Assembly: GCA_905182785.1 (NCBI GenBank)
Contig: CAJJDF010000016.1
Coordinates: 35,274-99,273, forward strand
Origin: an uncultured Flavobacteriales bacterium
Lineage (GTDB): Bacteria; Bacteroidota; Bacteroidia; Flavobacteriales_D; CAJJDF01
Direction: 5' to 3'
Length of the DNA stretch: 64,000 nucleotides
Positions 39,027-52,429 of the stretch are shown one piece after another. Under the pieces are notes generated by a model. It was not told the DNA's origin, did not search any database, and saw only the letters and a list, made by a program, of their open reading frames with translations. The first letter of the stretch is position 1; the number at the start of each line of letters is the position of its first letter. Both the position numbers and the translations under genes were made by a program.

Positions 39027-42000
39027 ATGGCTAATATAAAGTTCGACCCAATTAGAGTTAATTTCTCTACCAATCAAAATAAATTTGATTACCCTGATTT
39101 CTTAGAAATCCAATTAGAATCATTTACAAACTTTTTCCAGCTAGAAACTGTACCAGACAGAAGAGCAGACGAAGGACTTTTTAAAGTGTTTAGTGAAAAT
39201 TTCCCTATTACAGATACAAGAAACCAATTTGTACTTGAATTTATCGACTATTTTGTTGACCCTCCAAGATATTCTATCACAGAATGTATTGACAGAGGAT
39301 TGACGTATAGCGTTCCCTTAAAAGCAAAATTGAAACTTTACTGTACTGATCCAGAACATGAAGATTTCGAAACAATCATACAAGACGTATATTTAGGAAC
39401 AATTCCTTATATGTCACCAAAAGGATCATTTATTATAAATGGTGCAGAAAGAGTAATTGTATCTCAATTACACAGATCACCAGGTGTATTCTTTGGACAC
39501 AGTACTCACGCAAATGGTACAAAATTATATTCTGCAAGAGTAATTCCTTTCAAAGGTTCTTGGATAGAATTTGCTACAGATATAAATGATATCTTGTATG
39601 CATATATTGATAGAAAGAAAAAACTTCCAGTTACAACTCTTTTAAGAGCAATTGGATATGAGACTGATAAAGATATTCTTGAAATATTTGACCTTGCTCA
39701 CGAAGTAAACGTAAGCAAAAGTTCTAAGAAAAAATTAGTAGGTTCTAAACTTGCTGCTAGAGTTCTTAAAACATGGGTTGAAGATTTTGTAGATGAAGAC
39801 ACGGGAGAAGTTGTATCGATAGAAAGAAACGAAGTTGTTCTTGATAGAGATATAGTTTTAACTGAAGAAAATATTGACTTAATCATTGAAGAAGGTGTTA
39901 AGAAAATTATTATTAATAAGGAAGATGTTACTGCATCTAACTTCTCAATAATTTACAACACGCTTCAAAAAGATACATCTAACTCTGAAAAAGAAGCTGT
40001 AGAACATATCTATAGACAATTAAGAAATGCTGAGCCACCTGATTTGGATACAGCAAGAGGAGTTATTGATAAATTGTTTTTCTCTGAAGCTAGATATGAT
40101 TTAGGTGAAGTAGGAAGATACAGAATTAATAAAAAATTAGGTACAGATATTAGTATTGAGCAAAGAGTTCTTACTAAAGATGATATTATTAATATCATTA
40201 AATATTTGATTGAACTTATTAATGCGAAAGCAGAGATTGATGATATTGATCACTTAAGTAACAGACGTGTGAGAACTGTTGGTGAACAATTGTACAATCA
40301 ATTTGGAGTAGGACTTGCAAGAATGTCAAGAACTATTCGTGAGAGAATGAATGTAAGAGATAACGAGGTGTTTACACCAGCAGATTTGATTAATGCAAAA
40401 GCATTATCATCTGTAATTAACTCTTTCTTCGGAACAAACCAATTATCTCAGTTTATGGATCAAACGAATCCATTAGCAGAGGTAACTCACAAAAGAAGAC
40501 TATCTGCCCTTGGACCTGGAGGACTATCAAGAGAAAGAGCAGGATTTGAAGTAAGAGATGTACACTACACTCACTACGGAAGATTATGTACTATTGAAAC
40601 ACCAGAGGGACCAAATATTGGATTAATTTCTTCTTTGTGTGTATACGCAAAGATTAATAAACTTGGATTTATCGAAACTCCTTATTGGGAGATTGAGAAA
40701 GGAAAAGTGAAATTAGAAAAAGGACCAGTTTACTTAAGTGCAGAGGAAGAAGATAATACGATCATTGCACAATTGAATACTGAAATTGACAAAAAAGGAA
40801 ATTTCAAAACTGACGAAGTAAAAGCAAGACTTGAAGGAGATTTTCCATTGGTAGACCCAAGTACATTGAAATATATGGATGTTGGAGCTAATCAAATTGC
40901 TTCTATTGCAGCCTCACTTATTCCATTTTTAGAGCATGATGATGCGAATAGAGCATTGATGGGATCAAACATGCAGAGACAAGCTGTACCTTTATTAATT
41001 CCTAACTCACCAATTGTTGGAACAGGAATAGAAGGGTTAGTAGCAAAAGATTCAAGAACATTAATTAACGCAGAAGGAGACGGAGTTGTTGATTATGTTG
41101 ATTCTGAAAAAATTGTTATTCTTTATGACAGAACAGATACTGAGAAATTAGTTTCTTTTGATGGAGATAAAAAAGAATACCACCTTATCAAGTTTCAAAA
41201 AACAAACCAGAATACTTGTGTTAACTTGAAACCTCTTGTGAAAATAGGAGAAAAAGTTAAAAAAGGACAAATATTATCTGAAGGGTATGCAACTCAAAAA
41301 GGTGAATTGGCAATTGGTCAAAACCTTAAAGTAGCATTTATGCCTTGGAAAGGATACAACTTTGAGGATGCGATTGTAATTTCTGAAAGAGTAGTAAGAG
41401 ATGACATCTTTACATCACTTCATATTGATGAGTATACTTTAGAGGTGAGAGATACGAAAAGAGGATTGGAAGAATTAACTGCCGATATTCCTAACGTAAG
41501 TGAAGAAGCAACTAAAAATCTTGATGAAAACGGTATCATAAGAGAAGGAGCTGAAATTAAAGAAGGAGATATCCTTATTGGAAAAATTACTCCAAAAGGA
41601 GAGTCTGACCCTTCACCAGAAGAAAAACTACTTAGAGCAATCTTTGGAGATAAGGCTGGAGATGTGAAAGATGCTTCATTAAAAGCTTCCCCATCATTAA
41701 GAGGAGTTGTAGTAAATAAGAAATTATTTTCAAGAGCTGTAAAAGACAGAAAATCAAGAGCTGCTGATAAAGCATTATTGTTAGAAGTTGAAGCAGAATA
41801 CAACAAAGATTATGCTTCATTGAAGAATATTCTTATCGAAAAATTATTGGAATTAGTTGGCTCAAATAAGAGTACAGGTATTTTTAATAACTATAAGGAA
41901 GAAATCATCAAGAAAGGAATTAAGATTTCTGCAAAGAATCTTGAAAAAGCTGATTTTACAACAATCAGTTCTGACGGATGGACATCTGATAAAGAAGTTA

Positions 42001-42839
42001 ATGGAAACATTGGAATCTTACTTCACAACTTTAATATCAAGGCAAATGACTTGCTTGGAGCATATAAAAGAAGGCAATTTAAAGTAACAGTAGGGGATGA
42101 ACTTCCAAATGGAATAATCAAGCTTGCTAAAGTTTATATCGCTAAGAAAAGAAAGCTTAAAGTAGGAGATAAGATGGCGGGACGTCACGGAAATAAAGGA
42201 ATTGTATCAAGAATCGTAAGAGACGAAGATATGCCTTTCTTAGAAGACGGAACACCAGTAGATATTGTACTTAACCCACTTGGTGTACCATCAAGGATGA
42301 ACTTAGGACAGATTTACGAAACTGTTCTTGGATGGGCTGGAGAGAAATTAGGAAAAAAGTTTGCTACACCAATTTTTGATGGAGCAACAATTGACCAGAT
42401 TAACGGATATACTGATGAAGCCGGAGTACCAAGATATGGTAAGACATACTTGTATGATGGAGGATCTGGAGAAAGATTTGATCAACCAGCAACAGTAGGT
42501 GTAATTTACATGCTTAAACTAAGTCACATGGTTGACGATAAGATGCATGCAAGATCTATCGGACCATACTCACTTATTACACAACAACCACTTGGAGGGA
42601 AAGCTCAATTTGGAGGTCAAAGATTTGGAGAGATGGAAGTTTGGGCACTTGAAGCATTTGGAGCTGCGCACATTTTGAGAGAAGTATTAACAGTTAAGTC
42701 TGATGATGTTTACGGAAGAATGAAAACGTATGAAGCAATTGTAAAAGGAGATAATATCCCAGAACCAGGAGTTCCTGAATCATTCAATGTATTATTACAT
42801 GAATTGAAAGGATTAGGATTAACAATGACTTTAGATTAA
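39027..42839 (+). CDS. rpoB: RNA polymerase beta subunit
   Basis: [30 protein letters not shown]. Confidence 0.99.
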   Translation: MANIKFDPIRVNFSTNQNKFDYPDFLEIQLESFTNFFQLETVPDRRADEGLFKVFSENFPITDTRNQFVLEFIDYFVDPPRYSITECIDRGLTYSVPLKAKLKLYCTDPEHEDFETIIQDVYLGTIPYMSPKGSFIINGAERVIVSQLHRSPGVFFGHSTHANGTKLYSARVIPFKGSWIEFATDINDILYAYIDRKKKLPVTTLLRAIGYETDKDILEIFDLAHEVNVSKSSKKKLVGSKLAARVLKTWVEDFVDEDTGEVVSIERNEVVLDRDIVLTEENIDLIIEEGVKKIIINKEDVTASNFSIIYNTLQKDTSNSEKEAVEHIYRQLRNAEPPDLDTARGVIDKLFFSEARYDLGEVGRYRINKKLGTDISIEQRVLTKDDIINIIKYLIELINAKAEIDDIDHLSNRRVRTVGEQLYNQFGVGLARMSRTIRERMNVRDNEVFTPADLINAKALSSVINSFFGTNQLSQFMDQTNPLAEVTHKRRLSALGPGGLSRERAGFEVRDVHYTHYGRLCTIETPEGPNIGLISSLCVYAKINKLGFIETPYWEIEKGKVKLEKGPVYLSAEEEDNTIIAQLNTEIDKKGNFKTDEVKARLEGDFPLVDPSTLKYMDVGANQIASIAASLIPFLEHDDANRALMGSNMQRQAVPLLIPNSPIVGTGIEGLVAKDSRTLINAEGDGVVDYVDSEKIVILYDRTDTEKLVSFDGDKKEYHLIKFQKTNQNTCVNLKPLVKIGEKVKKGQILSEGYATQKGELAIGQNLKVAFMPWKGYNFEDAIVISERVVRDDIFTSLHIDEYTLEVRDTKRGLEELTADIPNVSEEATKNLDENGIIREGAEIKEGDILIGKITPKGESDPSPEEKLLRAIFGDKAGDVKDASLKASPSLRGVVVNKKLFSRAVKDRKSRAADKALLLEVEAEYNKDYASLKNILIEKLLELVGSNKSTGIFNNYKEEIIKKGIKISAKNLEKADFTTISSDGWTSDKEVNGNIGILLHNFNIKANDLLGAYKRRQFKVTVGDELPNGIIKLAKVYIAKKRKLKVGDKMAGRHGNKGIVSRIVRDEDMPFLEDGTPVDIVLNPLGVPSRMNLGQIYETVLGWAGEKLGKKFATPIFDGATIDQINGYTDEAGVPRYGKTYLYDGGSGERFDQPATVGVIYMLKLSHMVDDKMHARSIGPYSLITQQPLGGKAQFGGQRFGEMEVWALEAFGAAHILREVLTVKSDDVYGRMKTYEAIVKGDNIPEPGVPESFNVLLHELKGLGLTMTLD

Positions 42840-42869
42840 TTTTTTAACGTATTAAAACAACTGTAAACT

Positions 42870-45800
42870 ATGTCGTACAGGAGAAATAACAACCCAGAAC
42901 CTAAAAAGTTCACTAAAATAACAATTAGTCTTTCATCTCCAGAAACAATTCTGGAAAGCTCACATGGTGAAGTACTAAAGCCAGAAACAATTAATTACAG
43001 AACTTACAAGCCAGAAAGAGATGGTTTGTTTTGTGAGAGAATTTTTGGTCCAGTAAAAGATTACGAATGTTATTGTGGAAAATATAAAAGAATCAGATAC
43101 AAAGGAATTGTATGTGATAGATGTGGAGTAGAAGTAACAGAGAAAAAAGTAAGAAGAACAAGAACTGGACATATTCAGTTGGTAGTTCCTGTTGCTCATA
43201 TCTGGTATTTCAAATCTTTACCAAATAAAATTGGTTACCTTTTAGGTTTACCAACAAAGAAACTGAACCAAATTATTTATTACGAAAGATATGCTGTAAT
43301 TCAAGCTGCTGGAGTATTAAATGAAGAAGGAGAGCCAGTTCAATTTATGGATTTTCTTACGGAAGAAGAGTATTTAGATATTCTTGATAAACAACCAAAA
43401 GAAAGTTTACATTTAGATGACTCTGACCCAAATAAGTTTATTGCAAAAATGGGAGCTGAAGCTCTTTATGATTTGCTTAAAGGATTGGATTTAGATGAGT
43501 TATCTTATAACTTAAGACATCAAGCAAATACTGAAACTTCTCAACAAAGAAAAGCCGAAGCCTTAAAAAGACTTCAGGTTGTTGAAGGAATGAGAAACTC
43601 TACTAAAGGAAACATTGAAAATCGTCCTGAGTGGATGATTGTAAAAGTTGTTCCAGTAATTCCACCAGAATTAAGACCATTGGTACCACTTGATGGAGGA
43701 AGATTTGCAACTTCTGATTTAAATGACTTGTACAGAAGAGTTATTATCAGAAACAACCGTCTTAAGAGATTAATAGAAATAAAAGCACCAGAAGTAATTC
43801 TTAGAAATGAGAAGAGAATGCTACAAGAGTCAGTTGATTCATTGTTTGATAATTCAAGAAAATCTAGTGCTGTAAAAGCTGATGGAAACAGACCATTAAA
43901 ATCATTATCCGATTCATTGAAAGGAAAATCTGGACGTTTCAGACAGAACTTACTTGGAAAAAGGGTTGATTATTCTGCAAGATCGGTAATTGTTGTAGGG
44001 CCAAATCTTAAATTACACGAATGTGGAATTCCTAAAGATATGGCAGCAGAACTTTACAAACCTTTTGTAATCAGAAAAATGATTGAAAGGGGAATTGTAA
44101 AAACTGTAAAATCTGCAAAGAAAATAGTTGACGCTAAAGATCCTGTAGTTTGGGATATTCTTGAAAATGTATTGAAAAATCACCCAGTTTTATTAAACAG
44201 GGCTCCAACTCTTCACAGACTTGGTATTCAGGCATTCCAACCAAAGTTGATTGAAGGAAAAGCAATTAGATTACATCCACTTGTTTGTACTGCCTTTAAT
44301 GCCGATTTTGATGGGGATCAGATGGCGGTTCACTTACCGTTATCAAATGCAGCAATCTTAGAAGCACAATTATTGATGTTGGCGTCTCACAATATTCTTA
44401 ATCCTGCCAATGGAGCACCAATTACGGTACCATCTCAGGATATGGTTTTAGGTCTTTATTACATTACTAAATTAAAGAGATCTACACCAGAAGAAGAAAT
44501 ATATGGAGAAGATAAGATTTTCTATTCTCCAGATGAAGTTGTGATTGCTTATAACGAGAAAAAATTACACCTACATGCTTCAATTAAAGTAAGAACTCAT
44601 GATGTTGTAAATGGAGAACACGTTACAAGATTAATTGAAACTACTTGTGGTAGAGTATTGTTTAATGATGTAGTTCCTTACGAAGTAGGATTCATAAACG
44701 AAGTATTGACTAAGAAATCTTTGAGAGATATTATTGGAAAAGTACTTAAGGTTTGTGGAGTTTCTAGAACGGCTGACTTCCTTGATGAAATTAAGGAAAT
44801 GGGTTATAGAAACGCATTTAAAGGAGGATTATCGTTTAACTTGGATGATATTATCATCCCAGTAGAAAAAGATGTCTTGGTAAATAAAGCTCAGGATGAA
44901 GTTACTGAAGTTATGGAAAACTATAACATGGGACTTATCACAAACAATGAAAGATATAATCAAATTATTGATATTTGGACGCATACAAACTCTAGATTGA
45001 CTCATATTTTAATGGATCAGTTGAAAAATGATAATCAAGGATTCAACTCTATTTATATGATGTTTGATTCTGGAGCAAGGGGATCAAAAGAGCAAATTCG
45101 TCAATTGTCAGGAATGAGGGGATTGATGGCTAAGCCACAAAAATCTGGTGCAACTAGTCAGCAGATTATTGAAAATCCAATTTTATCTAACTTTAAGGAA
45201 GGTTTATCTGTACTTGAGTACTTTATATCTACTCACGGTGCCAGAAAAGGTCTAGCAGATACAGCCTTAAAAACGGCAGATGCAGGTTACTTAACAAGAA
45301 GGTTAGTAGATGTTTCTCAAGATGTAATCATAAACGAGCAAGATTGTGGAACATTAAGAGGAATAAATGTAACAGCTCTTAAGAAAAATGATGAAGAAGT
45401 AGAATCTCTTTACAATAGAATTCTAGGAAGAGTTTCAGTTTATAATGTGAAACATCCAAAAACGGATGAAATCATTGCAATAGAAGGAGATGAAATTACT
45501 GAAGACATAGCTGAAGCAATAGTTGCTGCTGACGTGGATGAAGTAGAAGTAAGATCTGTATTGACTTGTGAATTGAAAAGAGGAGTTTGTGCTAAATGTT
45601 ACGGAAGAAACCTATCAACATCTAGAATGGTGAAAGTAGGAGAAACTGTTGGTGTAATTGCTGCCCAATCAATTGGAGAGCCAGGAACACAGTTAACACT
45701 TAGAACATTCCACGTAGGGGGGACAGCATCCAACGTTACGGATGAAAATAAAATATTAGCAAAATATGATGGTGTCTTAGAAATAGAAGAGTTAAAAACT

Positions 45801-47201
45801 ATTGATACAAAAGACAAAAATGGTAACCCTCAAGTAGTAGTAATAGGTAGATCTGCAGAAATGAAGATTATTGATCCTAAAACTGGAGTAACTTTAGCAA
45901 CTAACAATATTCCTTATGGATCTTTCTTAGAAGCGAAAAATGAAACAAAAATTACTAAAGGAGATGTTATTTGTTCTTGGGATCCATATAATGCAGTAAT
46001 TGTTACTGAATCTAAAGGAACTATTTCTTTTGAAAATATTGAAGAAGGAATTACTTTCCGTGAGGAGGTAGATGAGCAGACAGGATTTGCTGATAAGGTT
46101 GTTACTGATTCTAAAGACAAGAAAAAGACACCTATTATTAGAGTGATGGATTCTAAAAAGAACGTCATAAAAAGTTATAACATTCCGGTAGGAGCTCACA
46201 TTAATGTAGCAGATAATGAAAAAGTAGAGTCAGGTAGAATATTGGTTAAGATTCCTAGAGTTTCTGGTAAAACAGGAGATATTACAGGGGGTCTACCAAG
46301 AATTACTGAGCTTTTTGAAGCACGTAATCCTTCAAACCCAGCAGTTGTATCAGAGATTGATGGAATTGTATCTTTTGGGAAAATTAAAAGAGGGAAAAGA
46401 GAGATTATTGTTGAGTCTAGAACTGGTATTGTTAAGAAATATGCCGTGTCTTTATCTAAGCACATCTTGGTACAAGAGAATGACTTCGTAAGAGCAGGAA
46501 TGCAATTATCTGATGGAGCAATTACTCCTAAGAATATCTTAGAAATAAAAGGACCTACTGCTGTACAAGAATACATTGTAAACGAAGTACAAGAAGTATA
46601 TAGACTACAAGGAGTGAAGATTAATGACAAGCACTTTGAAGTTATCGTTCGTCAAATGATGAGAAAAGTTGAGCTTATTGATGCTGGGGATACAAAATTC
46701 CTTGAAAAACAAGCAGTAGATAAAATCAAATTCTTAGATGAGAATGATAGAATATGGGGAATGGTAGTTGTAGAAGATGCAGGTGAATCTGAGGTATTAA
46801 AACCTGGACAAATAATTACTGCAAGAAAACTAAGAGACGAAAATTCAAATCTAAAAAGAAAAGATGCTCAATTAGTGACAGCAAGAGATGCTGTTTCAGC
46901 AACTTCTCGTCCATTATTACAAGGAATTACACGTTCTTCTCTTCAAACTGATAGTTTTATGTCTGCCGCTTCTTTCCAAGAAACGACTAAGGTATTGAAC
47001 GAAGCAGCTGTGAGAGGGAAAGTAGATTATTTGAGAGGATTGAAAGAAAATGTAATCGTAGGTCACTTAATTCCAGCAGGAACAGGAATGAGAAAATATG
47101 ATGACATGGAAGTTCTATCCAGCGTATACGCAGAAAGTAAAGCAGAACAAGAAGAAGCAATAGCTGAAGAAGTAGCTGACGCGGAGACTACTGCTGAATA
47201 A
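42870..47201 (+). CDS. rpoC: RNA polymerase beta' subunit
   Basis: NADFDGD, zinc-binding CxC...CxxC, SAASFQET. Confidence 0.99.
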   Translation: MSYRRNNNPEPKKFTKITISLSSPETILESSHGEVLKPETINYRTYKPERDGLFCERIFGPVKDYECYCGKYKRIRYKGIVCDRCGVEVTEKKVRRTRTGHIQLVVPVAHIWYFKSLPNKIGYLLGLPTKKLNQIIYYERYAVIQAAGVLNEEGEPVQFMDFLTEEEYLDILDKQPKESLHLDDSDPNKFIAKMGAEALYDLLKGLDLDELSYNLRHQANTETSQQRKAEALKRLQVVEGMRNSTKGNIENRPEWMIVKVVPVIPPELRPLVPLDGGRFATSDLNDLYRRVIIRNNRLKRLIEIKAPEVILRNEKRMLQESVDSLFDNSRKSSAVKADGNRPLKSLSDSLKGKSGRFRQNLLGKRVDYSARSVIVVGPNLKLHECGIPKDMAAELYKPFVIRKMIERGIVKTVKSAKKIVDAKDPVVWDILENVLKNHPVLLNRAPTLHRLGIQAFQPKLIEGKAIRLHPLVCTAFNADFDGDQMAVHLPLSNAAILEAQLLMLASHNILNPANGAPITVPSQDMVLGLYYITKLKRSTPEEEIYGEDKIFYSPDEVVIAYNEKKLHLHASIKVRTHDVVNGEHVTRLIETTCGRVLFNDVVPYEVGFINEVLTKKSLRDIIGKVLKVCGVSRTADFLDEIKEMGYRNAFKGGLSFNLDDIIIPVEKDVLVNKAQDEVTEVMENYNMGLITNNERYNQIIDIWTHTNSRLTHILMDQLKNDNQGFNSIYMMFDSGARGSKEQIRQLSGMRGLMAKPQKSGATSQQIIENPILSNFKEGLSVLEYFISTHGARKGLADTALKTADAGYLTRRLVDVSQDVIINEQDCGTLRGINVTALKKNDEEVESLYNRILGRVSVYNVKHPKTDEIIAIEGDEITEDIAEAIVAADVDEVEVRSVLTCELKRGVCAKCYGRNLSTSRMVKVGETVGVIAAQSIGEPGTQLTLRTFHVGGTASNVTDENKILAKYDGVLEIEELKTIDTKDKNGNPQVVVIGRSAEMKIIDPKTGVTLATNNIPYGSFLEAKNETKITKGDVICSWDPYNAVIVTESKGTISFENIEEGITFREEVDEQTGFADKVVTDSKDKKKTPIIRVMDSKKNVIKSYNIPVGAHINVADNEKVESGRILVKIPRVSGKTGDITGGLPRITELFEARNPSNPAVVSEIDGIVSFGKIKRGKREIIVESRTGIVKKYAVSLSKHILVQENDFVRAGMQLSDGAITPKNILEIKGPTAVQEYIVNEVQEVYRLQGVKINDKHFEVIVRQMMRKVELIDAGDTKFLEKQAVDKIKFLDENDRIWGMVVVEDAGESEVLKPGQIITARKLRDENSNLKRKDAQLVTARDAVSATSRPLLQGITRSSLQTDSFMSAASFQETTKVLNEAAVRGKVDYLRGLKENVIVGHLIPAGTGMRKYDDMEVLSSVYAESKAEQEEAIAEEVADAETTAE

Positions 47202-47222
47202 AATAATACTTGTATTAACTGT

Positions 47223-47254
47223 AAAATGCCTCACTTTGTTGAGGCATTTTTTTT
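47223..47254 (+). terminator. Intrinsic terminator
   Basis: AAAATGCCTCA/TGAGGCATTTT followed by a T tract. Confidence 0.85.
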
Positions 47255-47283
47255 AACTTTAAACTAAACAAATTTCAAAAAAA

Positions 47284-47610
47284 ATGGAAGAACAAAATCA
47301 AGATCCAAACCAAATAAATATAGAATTATCAGAAGAAATTGCTGATGGAATTTATTCTAATCTTGCAATTATTACTCATTCTCCGGCAGAATTTGTTGTA
47401 GATTTTGTGAGAATGTTACCGGGAACACCTAAGGCAAAAGTAAAATCAAGAATTATACTTACTCCACAACATGCTAAGAGATTAATGAAGGCATTAATTG
47501 ATAATGTAGGTAAATTTGAATCCGCACACGGTAAAATTAAAGATTTGGATAACGGACCACAAGGAGGTGGAATTCCAATGAATTTTGGGGGGCCAACAAC
47601 TCAAGCTTAA
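47284..47610 (+). CDS. DUF3467 family protein
   Basis: GIYSNLAIITHS, EFVVDF, RIILTPQHAKR; typical position after rpoC. Confidence 0.88.
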   Translation: MEEQNQDPNQINIELSEEIADGIYSNLAIITHSPAEFVVDFVRMLPGTPKAKVKSRIILTPQHAKRLMKALIDNVGKFESAHGKIKDLDNGPQGGGIPMNFGGPTTQA

Positions 47611-47612
47611 TT

Positions 47613-47996
47613 ATGAATAAAAGAATTGCAATAAGGGGACTCGTATTGATAGTTGTCGCAATTATTTTTGGAGCTTTTTTAGCACACTCTTTAAAAGAAA
47701 AATTAGAATTACCTCAATTAACTTCTTTTGAAACTGGAGTTAAGTACCAGTTTTATGGAGGTTTAATTTTATTAATTTTTGGATTGAATTGGGATAAATT
47801 CAAATTTAATATTCGATTACAAACAAATATATTTTACATAGGTGTTTGTCTATTTAGTTTTTCAATCTATTTATTGACTTTATTTTCTAATCTTATACCT
47901 TCAATAGTTTTAGGACCAATTACTCCAATTGGAGGTTCATTAATGATTATTTCGTTAGTTTGGATAATAATGAAAACATGGAAATCAAAGGATTAG
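47613..47996 (+). CDS. DUF423 (YgdD-like) membrane protein
   Basis: GAFLAH, FETGVKYQ, GPITPIGG. Confidence 0.85.
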   Translation: MNKRIAIRGLVLIVVAIIFGAFLAHSLKEKLELPQLTSFETGVKYQFYGGLILLIFGLNWDKFKFNIRLQTNIFYIGVCLFSFSIYLLTLFSNLIPSIVLGPITPIGGSLMIISLVWIIMKTWKSKD

Positions 47997-48166
47997 TACT
48001 AAATAACAATCTTGGTTATTGTCTTAATTACAATATGTGTATCAGGTAGATAAAGAGATTTTTTTAGTGGAAAACTCTTATTAATTGTGGAAAAACATTA
48101 CGCCATTCCATGTAATTTATTAGAAATAGAAGTATTTTTGTATATACAAATCATTAAAATTAAAAT

Positions 48167-49783
48167 ATGAACGAATTAGGATTAGTACCTAACACTTCAA
48201 ACCTTAAAGAACTAGGACTCGGAAACGTAGAAACAGTATTATGGAATCTATCTCCGGCTGACCTAACAGAAGAAACAATTGTTTTAGGACAAGGGTTATT
48301 ATCTGATACTGGAGCACTAGTTATTGAAACAGGTGAATTTACAGGAAGATCTCCAAAAGATAGATTTATTGTCTGTGACGAAACTACTGAAGAAGCAGTG
48401 TGGTGGGGCGATATAAACATCAAATTTACTACTGAGAATTTCAACAAATTATACAAAAAAATTACAGGATACTTTGACGGTAAAGAAGTATACGTGAGAG
48501 ATGCTTATGCATGTGCTGACGACAATTACAGATTGAGCCTAAGAGTAGTAACAGAAACTCCTTGGTCAAATATGTTTGCAAGTAACATGTTTTTGAGACC
48601 AGAAAGAGAAGAATTAGAAAATTTTAAACCAGAATGGCATGTAATAAACGCTCCTGGATTTATGGCAATAGCCGAAGAAGATGGAACAAGACAACACAAC
48701 TTTGCAGTAATTAACTTTACCGAAAAGAAAATTATTATTGGAGGAACTGGTTATACTGGTGAAATAAAAAAAGGAATTTTCTCTGTATTGAATTTCATTC
48801 TTCCACACGAAAAAAACACTTTATCTATGCATTGTTCTGCTAATGTAGGAGAAGATGGAGATACTGCTGTTTTCTTTGGATTATCTGGAACTGGTAAAAC
48901 GACTTTATCATCTGATCCTAACAGAAGATTGATAGGAGATGACGAACATGGGTGGTCAAAAGATAGTGTGTTTAATTTTGAAGGAGGTTGTTATGCAAAA
49001 ACAATTGATTTAACGGAAGAGCAAGAGCCACAAATTTTTAATGCAATTAAATTTGGAGCTATCTTAGAAAATATAGGATTCCATCCAGGAACTTCTACTC
49101 CAGATTACTCAGATATTACTATTACACAAAACACAAGAGTTTCTTACCCAATTCATCACATTGATAATATAATGAAGCCATCAATTGGTGGAGTGCCAAA
49201 GAATATTTTCTTTTTAACTGCTGACGCATTTGGAGTATTGCCTCCAATCTCAAAACTTACTCCTGGCCAAGCAATGTATCACTTTATATCTGGATACACG
49301 GCAAAAGTTGCTGGAACTGAAGCAGGGATTACAGAGCCAGTAACAGCATTTTCTGCTTGTTTTGGAGCACCTTTTTTACCTTTACATCCTACAAAATATG
49401 CTGAAATGCTAGGAAATAAAATTGCTGAGTCTAACGTAAACGTTTGGCTAATTAATACAGGATGGTCTGGTGGAGAATATGGAGTTGGAAACAGAATCAA
49501 GCTTAAATACACAAGAGCAATGATTACTTCGGCACTTACTGGAAAACTGGAAAACGTAGACTACACAAATCACGAAGTATTTGGATTAGCAATGCCAAAC
49601 GAATGTGAGAACGTTCCTACGGAAATTCTTTCTCCAAAAAACACTTGGGCAGATAAATCCGCGTATGATGCAAAAGCAAATAATTTAGCTTCTAAGTTTG
49701 TTGCAAACTTCAAGCAATTTGAATCGGATGCAAATGCCGAGATTATGGCTGCTGCACCAAAAGTAAGTAGAGTAACTGCTTAG
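48167..49783 (+). CDS. pckA: Phosphoenolpyruvate carboxykinase (ATP)
   Basis: GRSPKD, GLSGTGKTT, GDDEHGW, EGGCYAK. Confidence 0.97.
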   Translation: MNELGLVPNTSNLKELGLGNVETVLWNLSPADLTEETIVLGQGLLSDTGALVIETGEFTGRSPKDRFIVCDETTEEAVWWGDINIKFTTENFNKLYKKITGYFDGKEVYVRDAYACADDNYRLSLRVVTETPWSNMFASNMFLRPEREELENFKPEWHVINAPGFMAIAEEDGTRQHNFAVINFTEKKIIIGGTGYTGEIKKGIFSVLNFILPHEKNTLSMHCSANVGEDGDTAVFFGLSGTGKTTLSSDPNRRLIGDDEHGWSKDSVFNFEGGCYAKTIDLTEEQEPQIFNAIKFGAILENIGFHPGTSTPDYSDITITQNTRVSYPIHHIDNIMKPSIGGVPKNIFFLTADAFGVLPPISKLTPGQAMYHFISGYTAKVAGTEAGITEPVTAFSACFGAPFLPLHPTKYAEMLGNKIAESNVNVWLINTGWSGGEYGVGNRIKLKYTRAMITSALTGKLENVDYTNHEVFGLAMPNECENVPTEILSPKNTWADKSAYDAKANNLASKFVANFKQFESDANAEIMAAAPKVSRVTA

Positions 49784-49806
49784 GATTAATTAAAATATAT
49801 ACTATG

Positions 49807-49839
49807 AAAGGAGCTCTTTGTTAAGAGTTCCTTTTTTTT
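49807..49839 (+). terminator. Intrinsic terminator
   Basis: AAAGGAGCTCTT/AAGAGTTCCTTT followed by a T tract. Confidence 0.8.
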
Positions 49840-50191
49840 GTGGGAATAATTTACTTTTGTTCGTTTAAATCGAGTAATCAACTTCTCTACTCATTTTAAT
49901 CAATTCGTTAAAACAACAACTTTATCTTCTTAAGATTCAAAATAAAACCTTGGTTCCAATAGAAACTTTAGTAATAAATAGTAGGAGTAAAGAGCTAAAA
50001 AGTATTAAGCTAAATATTAATTTATTGTTTATAAATATAAGGTTTTCAAAATCAAATCTCTTCCTGGGCCTAGAATTTAATTTTTCCTCAATCCAGCTAC
50101 GAAGGATTAAGAAAGCCCATTGCAGTAAGCTTTACTTTAATTAATTATAGATGATGCGGAGCAGAGATAAATTCCGTCACCATCTTTATCG

Positions 50192-50839
50192 TCAGTCTTT
50201 TTTTGGGCATCCATTAATTGGCCCTGCAACTTTAGGACAAGCATCTTCACTGTCTTGAAATCCATCACCATCTGTATCAGGACATCCTTTAAATTTAGCC
50301 AACCCTTTAGTTGAAGGACAAACATCTTCCGTGTCTCTAATTCCATCTCCGTCAGAGTCTGGGCAACCATTAAATACAGCTAAACCTTTTACGGTTGGGC
50401 AATCATCTTTATCGTTAGCAATTCCGTCACCATCTTTATCTTGTACAGGTAATTTTGTCCCTAATTTCCTTTTAGAATCTATTTCCCATTGGTTAAACCC
50501 TCTCCATTTATTAGTATGGTTATCTATAATTAAAGGAATCCAACCTAATACTGCAAAACCTATTGCTATATTTCCCGCTACATATTTAGGAAGAATTTCA
50601 CCATCAACTGAATAACTTGTTATTGGATAGCCATTCAATTTATATTGTATGGTATGAGATTCAGTAGTCTCTAGTGAAATTATAACTGGAGATTTTCCTA
50701 TATTTTTACCATCTACTACAACTGTTGCGCTTGGCGGATCAGTTGTAAAAGTGATAGCTTGCTTAGTGTCTCTTCTCAAAAGAGTTGCACAACTTGTAAA
50801 TAAAGTTACTGCTAAAAGTATGGGTATTAATTTTCTCAT
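50192..50839 (-). CDS. Lipoprotein with PEGA domain and thrombospondin type-3-like Ca-binding repeats (possibly truncated)
   Basis: Lipobox [16 protein letters not shown]...GKSP, three DxDGDG..DxxDxCP repeats. Confidence 0.75.
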   Translation of the reverse strand: MRKLIPILLAVTLFTSCATLLRRDTKQAITFTTDPPSATVVVDGKNIGKSPVIISLETTESHTIQYKLNGYPITSYSVDGEILPKYVAGNIAIGFAVLGWIPLIIDNHTNKWRGFNQWEIDSKRKLGTKLPVQDKDGDGIANDKDDCPTVKGLAVFNGCPDSDGDGIRDTEDVCPSTKGLAKFKGCPDTDGDGFQDSEDACPKVAGPINGCPKKD

Positions 50840-50919
50840 GATTTTCTTTTTAGTCTGCTAACAAACTTAATAAAATAATACCTAGTGCAAACTAATTTTT
50901 TTTTGTAATTTTGAGAGTT

Positions 50920-51762
50920 ATGAACAGACTTAATATATATATAACTATTTTATTTTCAGCATTTTATTCAATTTCTTATTCGCAAGGAGAGGAGGAGATA
51001 AAAAAAATAAGATTTGGAATTGATTTTGGAATTGATTTTCCAAACAAACAATATGCACAGTTTTTGGATGGTTATCATCCTAATGGTGTTTCTCGAATAT
51101 TAAATGCCCCTATTACACGACAACAAATAGAAACAAAATTGGGCTATCCAATTTTGGATTGGGAATTTTCACAAGCAAACATTTATTCAGGTTCAGTTTT
51201 TACAGGTCTTTATTTAGGATTTGATATTAAACCGTCTTTCTCAGTAGTGATGAAATTAGATTTTTCTGTGATTCGATTTTCTACCCCTTTAGTTATTAGA
51301 TTAGACAATCCTCAGAATTTCACAGGAGAGTACGAGAACTCAATAATTAATGCAAGGGAACAAAGATTTTTATATGGGTTAGGAATAGAAAAAAAGTTTG
51401 AAACAGAGACTAACCTTACGCCTTACGCATCTTTAGGGGGATCCTTTAATTATATCCAATTAGAGAGACACGAATTAATAATTGCAGGAACTAAGTACAA
51501 TATTATGAGAATTAATAATTTACAAGCGGTTTCTTATCAAAATATTGATGGATTTGGGTATGGGTTTTATGCCGAGGGAGGTGTTTCTTATTTATTGAAT
51601 GAGAAATATTCTATAGCTGCTGGAGCAGTTTTTAGCTTTCAAAAAAACGAAAAATATGTGGAGAATTTAACAATTAATTCAACATATAACACGATTAAAA
51701 TTGAAGATGCTAAAGGCTTTCTTCCAAGTATTGGTGCATATATCAGATTAATTTGGAATTAA
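50920..51762 (+). CDS. Putative outer-membrane beta-barrel protein
   Basis: Signal peptide, amphipathic strands, aromatic C-terminus; TAATTTTG just upstream favours ATG 50920. Confidence 0.6.
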   Translation: MNRLNIYITILFSAFYSISYSQGEEEIKKIRFGIDFGIDFPNKQYAQFLDGYHPNGVSRILNAPITRQQIETKLGYPILDWEFSQANIYSGSVFTGLYLGFDIKPSFSVVMKLDFSVIRFSTPLVIRLDNPQNFTGEYENSIINAREQRFLYGLGIEKKFETETNLTPYASLGGSFNYIQLERHELIIAGTKYNIMRINNLQAVSYQNIDGFGYGFYAEGGVSYLLNEKYSIAAGAVFSFQKNEKYVENLTINSTYNTIKIEDAKGFLPSIGAYIRLIWN

Positions 51763-51846
51763 TCGATTTCCTTTCTTAAACCCTTTGATTATTGTCATTC
51801 ATTTATCTATTTTTACGTAATATTAATTTATTTTAAATAAGAATAA

Positions 51847-52428
51847 GTGAAATACAACTTAAGCGAAATAACAGAAGTAATTAAAAATAGAAGGACAATT
51901 TATCCTGAGCAATATTCTGATAGATCTATTCATAAAGAAATTGTGGAAGATGTTCTGAAGAATGGAGTATGGGCTCCCACCCATGGAAAAACACAGCCTT
52001 GGAGATTTATAGTTTATTTAAAAGATTCTAAAATTGAATTGTCAGATTTTTTATCCAATCAGTATTTAGAAAAATTTAAAGGAGATGATTTCAATGAAAT
52101 GAAATTCAATAAATTGAAAAATAGGCCTTTGTTAGCACCTGTAGTTATTGCAATAGTAATGACCCCAGACCCTGACAACAAAATATTAGAAATAGAAGAG
52201 GTAGAAGCTGTTGCTTGTGCTGTTCAAAATATTCATTTGACTTGTACCGCTTATGGAATTGGTGGTTTTTGGTCTACACCAAAAATTGTTTATACCAAAG
52301 AAATGAATGAGTTTTTGGACATTGGTGAAAAAGATAAATGTTTGGGACTTTTTTATATGGGTTACCCTAGTATTGATTGGCCAAAAGGCCAAAGAAAACC
52401 AATAGAGTACTTAACGACTTGGAAATAA
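51847..52428 (+). CDS. Nitroreductase (YdjA-like)
   Basis: RRTI, APTHGKTQPWRF, AVQN, WST. Confidence 0.88.
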   Translation: MKYNLSEITEVIKNRRTIYPEQYSDRSIHKEIVEDVLKNGVWAPTHGKTQPWRFIVYLKDSKIELSDFLSNQYLEKFKGDDFNEMKFNKLKNRPLLAPVVIAIVMTPDPDNKILEIEEVEAVACAVQNIHLTCTAYGIGGFWSTPKIVYTKEMNEFLDIGEKDKCLGLFYMGYPSIDWPKGQRKPIEYLTTWK

Positions 52429-52429
52429 T

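Noticed and set aside
35143-46630. Many antisense ORFs inside tuf, rplA, rplL, rpoB and rpoC
   Set aside because: Shadow frames from codon bias of highly expressed genes; the same applies to antisense ORFs in dnaK, pckA and alaS
49950-50144. 64-aa ORF, with the mirrored antisense frame also open
   Set aside because: No recognisable motif or convincing start; low-complexity AT-rich sequence
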